64,000 nucleotides of DNA. It comes from Octopus bimaculoides (taxonomy: Eukaryota). The stretch lies in NCBI RefSeq assembly GCF_001194135.2, contig NC_068984.1, positions 128,231,865 through 128,295,864 of the forward strand, written 5' to 3'. A program made the position numbers and the translations under genes. Positions 1-12,997 of the stretch are shown piece by piece (position 1 is the stretch's first letter; the number at the start of each line of letters is the position of its first letter). Below the pieces are notes generated by a model that was given only the letters and a program-made list of their open reading frames with translations, was not told the origin of the DNA and did no database searches.

Positions 1-360
1 TAACTAGACATTTCGAAGATAAGACAGAACGTACTCTAGAATAGTCTCTTCCTGAGTAGTGGATCAACCCACTACACAGAGGATTCCAAGGTGGCAAACA
101 CAAACCAAGACAGGAAAAATTGGACAGTGAAAACAACATTCAAAAGCCGTACGGCCAAACGCGAATCTGAGGTAGAACGCTAGTAGTTCGTCTTGCCTTC
201 ACAGCGGCTGGAGTGAAAAGAAAGTTGACCACAGGTCACACGAGAGCAGAGAGGATGGTGGAGGGAGGAAGTGGAACAAGGAGGAAGGGACAGAAGGGTA
301 TAGCAGTGAAGTAGAGGCCAGGACAGAGGGATAGATAGAAAGATAGAGGAAGACAGATAG
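1..360 (-). mobile_element. Probable Penelope-like element terminal region with decayed hammerhead-like motif
   Basis: Motif at 60-3 (see findings); upstream pyrimidine-rich, decayed coding-like sequence. Confidence 0.4.
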
Positions 361-1289
361 ATATTGTCGTCACCGTTGTCATCATCATATATCATTCATT
401 TGATTTCCAAAACTAACTTGACAAGAACCTAGTCATAAAGTTCCATCTTAAAAAAAGAAGCCTAGATATCAAGATTCACACAAGAGTTGCAACGAGGACT
501 AACAGCATTTGAAGAACTCCAATACCTCAAAATAAAGTAAAGGCAGTAACTGAATCATGTAAAATATATCTAAACCTTTTATCCTTTACTGGTTTCTGTC
601 TTAGACTGTGGCCATGCTGGAGCACTGTCTCGAAGAAAATTTAGTTGAATAAATCAACCCCAGTACTTATTTTTTTTACATATTAAGCCTGGTACTTATT
701 CTATCAGTCTCTTTTCCGAACTGCTAAGATATGGGAACATAAACACTAACACCAGATGTCAGACGATAGTGGGAGACAGAGACACAAAGACACATACGCA
801 CACACTTCTTTCAATTTCTGTCTTCCAAATCCACTCACAAGGCTTCGGTCAGCCCAAGGTTCCACGTAGTGGGACTGAACCTGAAACCATGTGGTTGGGA
901 AGCAAGTTTCTTACCACACAGTTACGCCATCTCACTCAGTAATTTAAATCTTTTGTTATTTTTTTTCTTTTATTCTTTTACTTGTTTCAGTCATTTGACT
1001 ATAGCCATGCTGGAGCACCGCCTTAAAGGGTTTTAGTCGAAGAAAACAACCCCAGGACTTATTCTTTGTAAGCCTAGAACTTATTCTGTCAGTCTTTTGC
1101 TGACCTGTTAAGTTACAAGGACATAATCATATCAGCATCGGTTGTCAAACAATGGCAGGGGGACAAACAGACACACAGACAGATACATACGTACGTACAG
1201 CAAAGAGATACTTAAATAATGATCAGAGATCCTGAAAATGCTTAAAAATTAATGTAGATGTAAATATTGGTTCATAACCTAGACACATG

Positions 1290-2760
1290 GTCACCGATAA
1301 TTTATATCAATGTCAGTAATGCCTAAAATTGTTAATGACCTTGGAAGGGCAAATGCTAAAGTAAGCTTGGTGCAGAAAGTCCCTGAGTAGTGTTCAGATA
1401 AATCCAAAACTTGAACTTTAATTCTTTCATTCAGGGCAGCTTGCACCAGTGTAAGAAGTTGGCTATAAGAAAACAATCTTTGTCAAGAAGGTACAGAAGA
1501 AAAAAAAACATAAACAAAAGTAGGCATAAAAAGAGTATTTACATGGGAAGTTTGTGTATATAAACAAATGAATGATGTACGTCTTATCTTTACAGCTGTT
1601 TCAGATAAACAATGACTGGTGCGATGACTATATATGTTATGTAATAAGGTCCAATAATATAGTAGGTTATGAATTAACATGGATTTTTAAAGATCCAAGA
1701 TGAGGACTCCAGTTATTCTCATCAGAAAACTCTGGCAACAAATAATGTAGTTTTCATAAATATATAGGATCAATGGGAAACTAAATGCAAGGGGTTGAGT
1801 GGGATAGTAAAGACAGGGATATAGATGAAAAGATTGGATGGGATGAGATTGGTGGAGTTGCTTCAGGTAGAATTAGTAATGAAAAATATCAGTTAACAGA
1901 ATCAAGAAAAGGAGAAATAAAATAGGCAATAAAAACAAGGGAGGTAGGCTAGCTGAAAGGGAGACCAGTGTCTGTGGGAGGAAAGATTAATAGTGGGAGA
2001 TAAAAGATTATTGTAGTAGGCAATCATAGAGCAGGTGCATAGTATATAATAAATCAAGGTCAGTCATGGAGATAAGAAAAAATTTATAAAGACACTAATG
2101 GGGTATAAATTATAAAGACACTAATGGCAACACAGGTTAGTAAAATGAGATAGTGGGAGTAGGAGGTACAAGATGTATTGGTAAGAGGGGGGGAGGAGAA
2201 AAGGAAAGATGAGAAAACCCTAAGTGTGGCCAATTCAGTGGTACAGGAGTACAGTTATTAAGGTGGATGTATTATAGTGAAGGGCAAATTAGTAGAACAT
2301 AAAAATTTATGGTAACAAGAGAACATTTTGTAGTATTTATGTCGACACATAATTACATCAGAGAAGCATTTAAAGAGGAAGGCCTCGTTCAGACATGTAA
2401 TATATTGAAGGACTCACAGCAACATAAATTACAAGGTTATTGGTTTCTCATGTATGGAATACTCTCAACTTTGAAGTAGTGGATGTAAGTGGTCAGGGAG
2501 GTAAATTTTTTTCTAGCAATACCCGAGAAACAGTTTGAATGTGCAAGTTAACAATGTTCCACCAATAAAAATCCTGGCAGAGTGGGTCTGTGTGGTAGTA
2601 ACGGTACATTTATAAACATTATAATGTAAGCAATTGTTCCTCAAAGAGACTACTATGTACTCTGAAACTGCATGTCTTCTTCTCACAGAATATGGGTGAT
2701 GCATTATTAGCTGTGCCAAGGTTAGTATAGTTAGCATGATTATTAATTCTATGAAAAGAA
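1290..2760 (-). mobile_element. Highly decayed CR1/L2-like LINE (endonuclease to RT)
   Basis: Remnants LTLVQAALNERIKVQVLDLS (cf. ALDISKAFD) and IFIGG (cf. ILGDFN); many stops. Confidence 0.45.
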
Positions 2761-2920
2761 TCAATTAATTACCATCGTCATTATTACAATGGAGACAGTT
2801 AGCATAGTTAGGACAATTCATATCATAATTATTATTATTAATGATACAGGCACTCAAATTGTGATCATTGGTGTTAATGGCATATGTGTTTAGTGTATAA
2901 TTGTTTGTATTACTAGTATA

Positions 2921-3177
2921 GTGGAGGCACGTGGCTTAGTGGTTAGGGTGTTAGTCTCATGATCGTAAGATTGTAGTTTCGATTCTTGGACTGGGTGACA
3001 AGTTGTGTTCTTGAGCAAAACACTTCATTTCACATTGCTCCAGTCCATTCAGCTAACAAAAATGAGTCATTCTGCGACAGACCAGTGTCCCATTCAGACG
3101 GGGAATATATATGCCAAGAAACCAGGAAATCAGCCCTTGTGACTCAGTATAACTCAAGAAGGTAACTTTACTTTTAC
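2921..3177 (+). mobile_element. tRNA-derived SINE with 13-bp target-site duplication
   Basis: A box TGGCTTAGTGG, B box GTTTCGATTC; flanked by tattactagtata at 2908-2920 and 3178-3190. Confidence 0.8.
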
Positions 3178-3254
3178 TATTACTAGTATAGAGGTTCCGT
3201 TTAAATAAAGAAGTCCTGATGCATCTACGTAACAATGTTTTTACAGTGCACACT

Positions 3255-3440
3255 CGTTAGTTAGTTTTTAGGGTTAGTTTTGGGGGTTAGTTTTAGGGTT
3301 AGTTTACAAGGTTAGCTTTTAGGGTCAGGGTTAGGGTTAGTTTTGGGAGTTAGTTTTTAGGGTTAGTTTTAAAGTTAGTTTACAGGGTTAGCTTTTAGGG
3401 TCAAGGTTAGGGTTAGTTTTAGGGTTGGTTAGGGTTAGGG
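3255..3440 (+). repeat. Interstitial telomere-like array (TTAGGG mixed with TTTTAGGGTTAG units)
   Basis: About 10 TTAGGG hexamers in a ~70-bp higher-order duplication. Confidence 0.85.
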
Positions 3441-3740
3441 TGTCATTACACGTCCACACAGTTGGGACCTCTGTATGTAAGTAGTACTGTTAAAGGACCT
3501 CTGTATTTAAGTAGTACCCTATTACTAGTATACAAATATACACTGGTATTGTTAATAGTAGCTTTACATTCATTGTTACTTCCAAATATTTAGTTATGGC
3601 TCCATCAGGGTTGTTATGCCCAGAACAGTTGTGAGGGTCTAAATTCTCTAAACAATATTTACTGGGGTTGGTGTTGCTAACATATGTGGAATTGGCAATA
3701 TCTGCACCATATATTCTACTACTTGATATATATATATATA

Positions 3741-3777
<37 letters not shown>

Positions 3778-4110
3778 GCATAATGCCTAGGAGTTGGGGT
3801 GTTGCACACTAAGTGGTGGGTTTGATCATAAGGTAGGAGGTTTGATTCCTGGATCAGGCAGACTGTTGTGCCCTTGAGCAAAGTACAGTTTCACACTGCT
3901 CAGTTGAAAATGAGCATCAGAGGACAGCTGATTCAGTCCTCTATTGCTCCAGCTGTCAAATCCTCAATGCTCCACAGGATCAAGAGTGTGAAGATTAAAC
4001 AGGTGTTTATGCTCACAACTACATAAGTACCTAAAAGAATTAACAAAAACATGACACTAGCCACCAAGTCATACTCACTGGAGACTGATGGCTCAGCAAA
4101 CAAATATACA

Positions 4111-4492
4111 CACAGGGTTTGATGGGTAAATTGTTGCTATTTAAAATTTTTTATTTCATGCATGTGCATTGTTTATTTTTGATTTTGGCGACTACACAGT
4201 ATAGTAAGGTCAGTTGGGCACCATCTGTGAAAAAAACAGCACCATGACACAATTCACTCTGCCAGAAATTTGGGAATGACGTGTACTGCTTGGCATTCGT
4301 GCCAGAAGCTCCCATATATGAACATTTCAGAGAATTCAGAAAGAGTTGGATGAGTTTAAGAAAGTACAGCAGCTTGGAAAACTCACTCTGATCATTCTGA
4401 TAAGAAAAGAACTCCTGAATTTGTTGGTGAGATCCAGGCCATGATTAACAACGATCCCTTCATGTCAATCAGGCCCATTTCCAGGGATTACC
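4111..4492 (+). mobile_element. Tc1/mariner (maT/DD37D-like) element: left end and decayed transposase N-terminus
   Basis: Left end CAGGGTTTG at 4113; ATG at 4244 MTQFTLPEIWE*RVLLGIRA..; later KTHSDHSDKKRTPEFVGEIQAMINNDPFMSIRPISRD (HTH region). Confidence 0.72.
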
Positions 4493-6989
4493 AAGAATAA
4501 AAATTTGAAAAAGTAAAAAGTGAATTTTGTGTGGAGAGGGAGAAAATTAAAATATTGAGAACATGTTTTGTGGGAGAAATCCTAATCTCCTCCGTCGCAA
4601 ACATAGGAATTGGAAGAAATTTAGGAAAAAAATAAGGTGGGGGACAGAAATGTCAGCTCGGATATGCTAGAAAGTTGGGAAATGGTAATGTGGTGCTGGA
4701 GCACCACATTAAAGGGTGTTAGTAGAAGAAAACGACCCCAGGACTTATTTTTGTAAGCCTAGTACTTATTGTATCAGTCTCTTACGGGGACATAAACACA
4801 CCAACATTGAGTGTCAAGCGATGGCAGAAGGGATAAACAGACACACACACACATATATACGACAGGCCAGTTTCTGTCTACCAAATCCACTTTGGTCAGC
4901 CCGAGGCTATAGTAGAAGACACTTGCCCAAGTTGCCACACAGTGGGACTGAACCTGAAACCATGGAGGGTAACTTTCTAGGTCATGACTGACCATGGGAT
5001 TGCACACCCCCTTCGGTCATGACTGACCATGGGATTGCACCTAGAAAGTTACCCTCCAAGGCACAAGTCCGGGCAAGGGTGTTTTATGGAAGACCAGCAG
5101 TCGCCCATGCATACCGGTCTCCCCTCTCCACGCCACCAGTGTTATCCAAAGGAAAGGCAAAGGCTGATACAGCTTGGCACCTGTGACGTTGCAACTCATT
5201 TCTACAGCTGAGTGAACTGGAGCAATGTGAAATAAAGTGTCTTGCTCAAGAACACAACATGCAGCCCTGTCCGGGATTCAAACCCACAACCTTGTGATCG
5301 TAAGCTCGATGCTCTAACCACTGAGCCATGCACCGTCACACACACATATATATATATATCAGGGAAAAGCCGCAATTATGGTGGCTGAAGACAAACTGTG
5401 ATAAGGCTGATCAATAAAAGAAATGTATTTGAAGGCCTAGATCTCATCTGCCAATCTGTAATTAGTATTTGTGCAGAAGGAACTAGTTGAGAAAACAGGC
5501 TTTCAAAATGTCCTTTTACCAAAGTGTCACATTGAAAAAGACAACAAAAGGAAGCATTGAGATTGCTTCAACAATCACTATACTTGTAATAATAATAATA
5601 ATAATAATAATACAAGGACGATAATGTGCTCGACTTAGTAACAAATGACTCTTCAACTATTGGCTTCAACAAAATGACTTTCTCAGTAAAAACATGACTG
5701 TGTCCAAACAGTTGCTGTGAAACATTACAGTTTCTTTGAGGGGGAAGGGATTAATTGGATCAGAGAATGCTTAGTTACAGAACAAGGATGCAACAGAAAC
5801 ATTTACTTCTTTAATGCAACTGTAATGAATGCATGGCTACTTTAGAAGTCAAAGAACAAGACAAATATTCTTCTCCCAGTTCTGATTGATTTTAGAAATA
5901 GAATTTCTGAAAGTTTTATGATTCGGCATCCTCTCAAGGAAGGCATCAATCTTCAACACAACCTATTTTGCTATGAAGGATAAAAACAAGCTCCTCCTCC
6001 TCCCCACCACCACCACCACCACCATTGCTGCTGCTGCCACTGCCATCATCTCCATAATTGTGTTAACATCCACTTTTCCATACTTGCATGGATCAAAAGA
6101 GATTTATTGAAGCAGTTTTTTTATGGCTAGATATCATTCCTGTCACCAACCTTCACGTGCTTCCAAGCAAGTTAATATTTTCCCATAGCCAGATATGCTT
6201 TCACAGAGTCACTTGTTTCTAACTACCATGATGTCAAGATATGGAGACACAAACACACATATATACATATATGATGAGCTTCTATCACTTTCTGTCTACC
6301 ATATCTACTCACAAGGCTTTGGTCAGCCCAGAGCTACAGAAGTGACTTGCCCAAGGTGCTATACAGTATCACATATTTATGCCCAAACCACACAGCCAAG
6401 TGATGATGTGGGTTCTATACTAGTAAATCTACATTTTTATGTCTCAAGTGTCACTCATCCAAGTCAAAAAAATATACCATACAAATTAAACGCTAAAATA
6501 AATATTCACCAATATTTTTTGTTCAGGTGGGAATCTCAAAATTGCTTTGGCTTTATGAGTGTTTGTTTTTAATTTTTGTTTTCTCTTATGTACAAATTAT
6601 ACTTGTGTAATCCTAAACAGTATTAAAATAATATCTGAACATAGCTGACACTGTCAGACAGAATGGTGCTACCATTTGGTGTAAAAAACATGAAAATATT
6701 TGCTTAGACAGCTGAAGTTGGAATGCTTGTTGTTTATCTAGTGTATCTTCATTCTTTCTTTGTTATCTCTGTTAGTCTTCACTGTCTCCATAAATTCTTT
6801 AGTAGTTCTCCTGTTCATGTAATCTTATTGTTTTGTTTTTTATGTAGGGAGTGTTTTGTAAAGGAGCTCTTTGTGGTAGGTAGTTGTTTAATACATCGTG
6901 ATAGTTTAGCCCCTACTTAGGTAAGTTATGGTATTTTAGTCCCTACTTAGATTACATTTTTCATAAACTCTTTAATGCCCAAAATGTTT

Positions 6990-7760
6990 AGGTTAGTTAT
7001 TCATGCTTAAATAAAATCACTTCCAACATTACACACTACAATGGAAACACAGTCACACAGTGTCCAGCCTGTAACTGCCAAAACAACTGCCCACAAGGAG
7101 TACTTGCCTCTCAAAGGCTATGGTCTATAGAGCTACATTCATGCAATGTGATGGCATCATAAGGCACTACATGAGTAAGCATAACGACCAATGATTTCAA
7201 AGAATGATTTACACAACATATGTACTCATTCAGGTGTAAAGACAAGAAAATCACCATCTCCCTCTTGCACTTTATCTAGAGACTCAAGAGTCAAAGAAAT
7301 GACTTTCCCAACATCACATACAGCATCCTTGAGAGGGCCTTGCTTTTCTCACTACATATACTACAACAACCAGCAGAATCAATCAATAGAAAAACTGATC
7401 TATTGTAATACTGTCACTAAAGATAGGCCCTATTTATGAATTTCAAACCAATGGCCACTGATGCCTCTGAAAGACCACCTTAAGCCTAGCTGGCAGATGC
7501 AGTTACAGGGAAAACAATCTCTGCTTGCCTTCAGTGAAATTATTTCTTTTCTATGTACCCTTATTGTGGCCTACCAGTACCCAGCTACAAATACGCCACA
7601 CACAGTTATCCATGACACTCCATGTAATATGTAACCTGACACTAAAAGGCTGGTTACCTTGCCACATGGACCAACTTGCATTCCACCCACCACTGGGTGA
7701 TGTTGCTAAGTTGTCAAATTCTAGTCTGCCAACTACCTAGTACCACTTCACTGTCTTCTC
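6990..7760 (-). mobile_element. Highly decayed CR1/L2-like LINE RT C-terminal fragment
   Basis: Remnants RP..GCC..W and LESLDKVQ (cf. RPHLEYCC..W..LLDRVQ). Confidence 0.4.
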
Positions 7761-8779
7761 TGTTAAATGAAAGCATAAATAAAAGTATCTGTTATACATT
7801 TTTTTTTTATCAAACTATGTGTGTGACCAGAACAGACATATCAACCATATGATCCAGTCCTTGTTGTGGTGTGATAGCTTATGTGCTTCAATAACCTTGG
7901 GAGCTATGCCAGCAAAGTACAATCTCCCATGCTGAACAGGTCAAAGGATAGATGCCAGGCTAATAAGGACTACTTCCCATACTAAGAAAAAAAGCAAAGT
8001 TACAGAAGAATCAATGATAATTCAAAACTAACCAGGTTACTATACCTGGTAGAAATAGCAGCCAAATCAGTCATTTGACTGCAGCCATGCTGAACCGCTA
8101 AGTTATGGAGAAGTAAACACACACACAGATATACATATATACACAACAGGCTTCTTTTAATTTCTGTCTACCAAATCCACTCACAAGGCTCTGATTGGCC
8201 CAAGGCTATAGTAGAAGACACTTGCCCAAAGTGCTACACGGTGGGACTGAACTCAGAACCATGTGGTTGGGAAGCAAGCTTCTTACCATACGGCCATGCC
8301 TGCGCCTATATATGTATATATATTATATAAACACACATATATAAATACATTCAAAAATATTCACACATACACTGTTCTTTTGTTTCACAGCTGTTTTTCC
8401 ATGTGAGCATGGGTTAGACAGGAAGATAGTTGAGGTAGGATTTTATGGCTGGGTAATCTTCTTGTTGCCTACCCTTCACTGTTTTTTTAAGTAATGGATG
8501 TTTTTTCACAAGGTCTCTGAAAGTGCAGAGCAACCAGTGACAATGTCAACATGAAACACCTACTACCATGACTCTACATGAAACATCAGTATTATGACTC
8601 TTTTGCGAATGCAGTGACAAGCATGCAAAGTGAACATAAAATGATATATATACAACATAGGGGTGGCACTATTTTCCGATAGTGTGGTAAGAATCTTGCT
8701 CCCTAAACATGGAGTCTTGGGTTCAGTGTCACTTCAGGCCTTGTAAGTAGATTTTGTTGATGGAAACTGAAAGCCTGTC

Positions 8780-8811
<32 letters not shown>

Positions 8812-10229
8812 ATATAAATATGTATATATTTCATGTCTTTGTGTTTGTCCCTCCAACTGCTTGACAATGTTGGTTTGTTTACATCCATGTAAATTAGAGG
8901 TTTGGCAAAAGGAGACTGATAGAATAAACATCCAGCTTAAAAATAATATATCCACATATAAACATACAGTTACATATGCATATATATATGTATGTGCTGT
9001 GTGTGTGTGTATATACATACATATATTTACACACATGCATATATATGTATAAATATACATATATTTATACATATACTATTATAGACATATTTATAAAAAA
9101 TTCAGATATACATATACACAAACATACATACACATATGTTAAACATTAAGACAAATATATTTCTTATACTAATTAATTTACACCAAAAATTCATTATTAA
9201 GTCAGTAATTATATTTTAGTAGTCACATAATGGCTACAATCTGATCTTTGTGTGCAACTCAGGAGAAAATATGCTCATAGCTACACATTCACACACTATT
9301 AGAATCATTAACTCTACCTTTATACAGCACCAATACCTGAATTTTACTCTAACCTACTTTGAATAAAATTGTTACCAAATATCTACTTTTTCAATACATA
9401 TGGCTTGAGTTGCCTTTTACCATTATAGATAAGCTAATCTAAATATATTCCAAGTGGAGCAAGAATTTTAAATATGAGCAGAATTCCTACAGAGAATTGT
9501 CACAATCAGAAATTCCTTTACTATTTAATACTATTCCACTTTGAAAACAAATTTTATATTTTCAAGCTTGTACTAGATATTAGCTATTTCTGCCATTAGT
9601 TTTATCATATTTAACTAATGAGAACGACAGGTGCAGTAGGCAGTACAACCACTATTGCTGGTCAAGCAATTCACTGACCACCATTGCCTGCAGTAAGCAT
9701 GGGTGGGTAGAGAAGTTGAGGTTGTCAGCTAGTTTCTTACTTCAGCAAGGAACATGATATTGAACACAGTGCCGGTCAGCCAGACTCTATAATTATGAAA
9801 TGGTAGTGGAAGAAATAATGGTCAGCCAATGGCAATAGAAGCAGTGATGGTCAGTCAGTCAGTTTCCATAACAGCAGCATGGCAGTCTCCGCTAGAACAT
9901 GGTAGTAGAAGAAATAAATATTGGTCAGTCAGTCTCCAGGCAATCAAAGCCGTGCTGGTCAGCCAGACTATATTACTACAACTAGCATGGCATACCCTAA
10001 TTTCTCCGCTGACCAAGCAGCTTTGGCTGCACAGAAGCAGTGGCAATTGGCTGTAATAGTCACTGGTCAAACAGATAAAAACCAATTCCACCATACTTAA
10101 TAGACAATGCAGCTATTTAAAACAAACTAACGTATATATTATACTCGCAGTGTACACTGATTGTGTGTGCGTGTATATTATAAACACACGTGATGTTTAT
10201 AGTAATATAAATATATATATAAATATATA

Positions 10230-10312
<83 letters not shown>

Positions 10313-10709
10313 ACAGTATGTCGTATTGCATAAAACCTGAGGATTATCAAGAGAAATAACATGTAAGTTGCATTTACTCATTCATAAGTTCAGAGTTGTA
10401 ACTGACAGAAAACTGAACGAATCCTTGACTGAAAAATTCCGGTCAGTGGCTGAAATACAGGTGTATGGTCAATAGCTGTGGCGTATAATTGAATGATTAA
10501 AGTTAAACGTTAGACTTCACCTGTAAAAGTTGACATGAAAATTTCCCATTTTCTCCACACGACAGACCACAAATTCGTATGTTTTTATGAATTTTATTAA
10601 CTGTCCTCGCCAACATTGACCATCACTAATTTCGTCGGACCTCGATTAGTTTCATTAGATAGAAGACTTGATGTAAAATGTACGTAAAAATTGGATGTAA
10701 AATGTACGT

Positions 10710-11170
10710 AACTTGAGGGGAGAATGGGAAGAAGAGTAGAGGGGGGTAAGATGAAAGACTTAATAGAAAATCTGTAAATGAGTAGAGGGAGATAAGGAAA
10801 AGAAAACAAACAAGATCGAGAAAGATAATAGAGAGAAAGAATGTGAGGAAGAGAGGGGGAGAAAAAGAGAGAGATGGGATAGGAAAGATAAAACAACTGA
10901 AGAGGAGAGGGCGGAAAAAACGAAATAGTAAGAGAAAGGGGTGACAGGGGAAGGAGGAAATGTAAATATTATTGACGGGTAAAAGAGAGAGGTGGAGATA
11001 TATATAGAGAGAGAAAACGAAATAAAATGGGAGAGAGAGAAACAGAAGGAAAGACATGAGAGTGAGAAAGTAAAGGTAAGAAGAAGATACATAAAAGGAA
11101 ATAAAAGAAACAGAAAGAAAGATAGAGAAATAGAAAATGAGAGGGAGAACAAAAATGAAATAAGTAGGTA
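10710..11170 (+). repeat. Polypurine (GA-rich) low-complexity tract
   Basis: Almost entirely A/G; explains the Phe/Leu/Ser-rich minus-strand ORFs. Confidence 0.8.
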
Positions 11171-11701
11171 AGATACAGTGAAAGGACTTTACTTTTTTTA
11201 GAGTAACTGGCCTCATGTTAGAAAAAACAAAAGTGATGTAGTTAAGTAACATAGGAAAGTTTCTATTATTTCAAATAAGATTATTTGTATTAAAAATTGT
11301 GATATCCTCGTGGTTTGAATGGAGATAAGAAAAACTAGAACGATGGGCACGTTTAGCTAATAAATAATTAAATATATAGAACAGATAAAGTAGGCATAAA
11401 TAGTTGGCACTAGACAATAAGTTTGCTGACTTGAAATTTCAATAGTTTACTTATATTGTAGATCACACAGACAAACAAGCTCACTCTTAGTAACTCAAAT
11501 TAGTTACAAACACACACACTTGTGGATAATTTTGGCGGGAGTATGGAAAGAAAAGAATCGAAGATGAATGTTTTTTAAATACATATGAAAAATAAACACG
11601 AGCTTGGATAAAAGCAACAGTATAATAAAACTAGATAAGGGAATCCACTCAACAACAAAGTTATAGTAAAAAGCAACGAAAACTATTAAAATGTGTCTGA
11701 C

Positions 11702-11791
11702 CTGATCTGGCTTAAGTTTTCGAGGTCGTCCACGCTTCCTTTTCTCTGGCTGGTGGCCACTGCTGGCCTGTTCTGCTGCCACATCTGCCAT
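11702..11791 (-). CDS. First coding exon of an AT-hook protein, HMGA (HMG-I/Y)-like: MADVAAEQASSGHQPEKRKRGRPRKLKPDQ
   Basis: Canonical AT-hook KRKRGRPRK; acceptor gtgtag 2 nt before the ATG; donor CAG|gtcaga; candidate upstream UTR-exon donors gtaag at ~11967 and ~12002. Later exons not found. Confidence 0.7.
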
Positions 11792-12961
11792 TTCTACACA
11801 CAATAAACAAACGTTACAGATGATTCCTCAGACACCGAAAAAAAAAGGCGATGGACGAAGATGTTTTTATATATTTTTTATCTATTGATTTCCTTATCCG
11901 TGTTTTTTTTTTTTCTCTCTCCAGCAAATTATTTTTCCTCCAACTTGAGCTTTCTCTGGCTGCTTACACACACACCACTCTCTGTAGCTATAACTATCTT
12001 ACAGACTCTCTCTCCCCCTCTTTCTTTCTCTCTCTCTCTCACTAATTATACTCCTCCCCCTTCGCCTGCTCGGCTCCCTTATTCTACTTCTACCCTTCCA
12101 TCTCCTCTTCTCACTTTTCTGCTCCGTGTGCCCTGTTTTGTCCGTCAGTCTCCATAGTATCTCCTCTTCCTATCCTGTTATAAGAGCACTACGACGACGA
12201 CGATGATGATGATAATGATTGTTGTTGTTGTCTTATAGCCCTAGGTCAGTCTTGATCGAACAAACTTAAGTTTGAAGATATTCCAGCCGTGAGCACCCCC
12301 ATATATGATTCAGAAATAGTGTCTCTTAGACTACATTATCCAATGTTACCTTCGTTTTTGTTTTTTATAAAGCTGTAGGGTATGCTCTGACCGCTATTTC
12401 TAGCAGGTCGAGCGACCACTTTAATGAAGATATATGATGATGATGATGATGATGGTGGTGGTGATGTAATGATGTCAAATTAACATCCTTTAAATAACGG
12501 TCATGTTAAATTAACAACCTTCCAATATTCTGGCTTCCTTACTCCCGTCCACCCGCCCCTATTCCCCACTTTTTTTTTGGTAACATTCCTTCTGCATGTC
12601 ATCGAGATACCTGTCACTATTCCAAGACTGGCTTTCCCCAACAACACATGTGGATCGAAATAAACGTTGTGTAATAGCGATGCAGTTTCAGAAACCGTGG
12701 CTATCATTTACATGCTATCACCCAAGAACAGGCGTATTTCAATAGCAAATTAAGGTGCTTTTACGTGTAATATGCAGGTACATGAATGTGTGTGTGAGTC
12801 TTTGTGTTTGTATGTGTATGAATGCATGTTTATATATATATATATATAACATTTTGTTATATATACATGCACATGCATGTGTACATATATATATATATAA
12901 ATAACATTTTTGATATATATATGTATGCACCTGTATATGTGTACACACACATATCTATACG

Positions 12962-12997
<36 letters not shown>

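Noticed and set aside
3255-3440. True telomere or chromosome-fusion site
   Set aside because: The array is short, degenerate, single-orientation and embedded in a TSD-flanked segment
10597-11252. 208-aa hydrophobic ORF resembling a membrane protein
   Set aside because: It is the reverse complement of a GA-rich low-complexity tract
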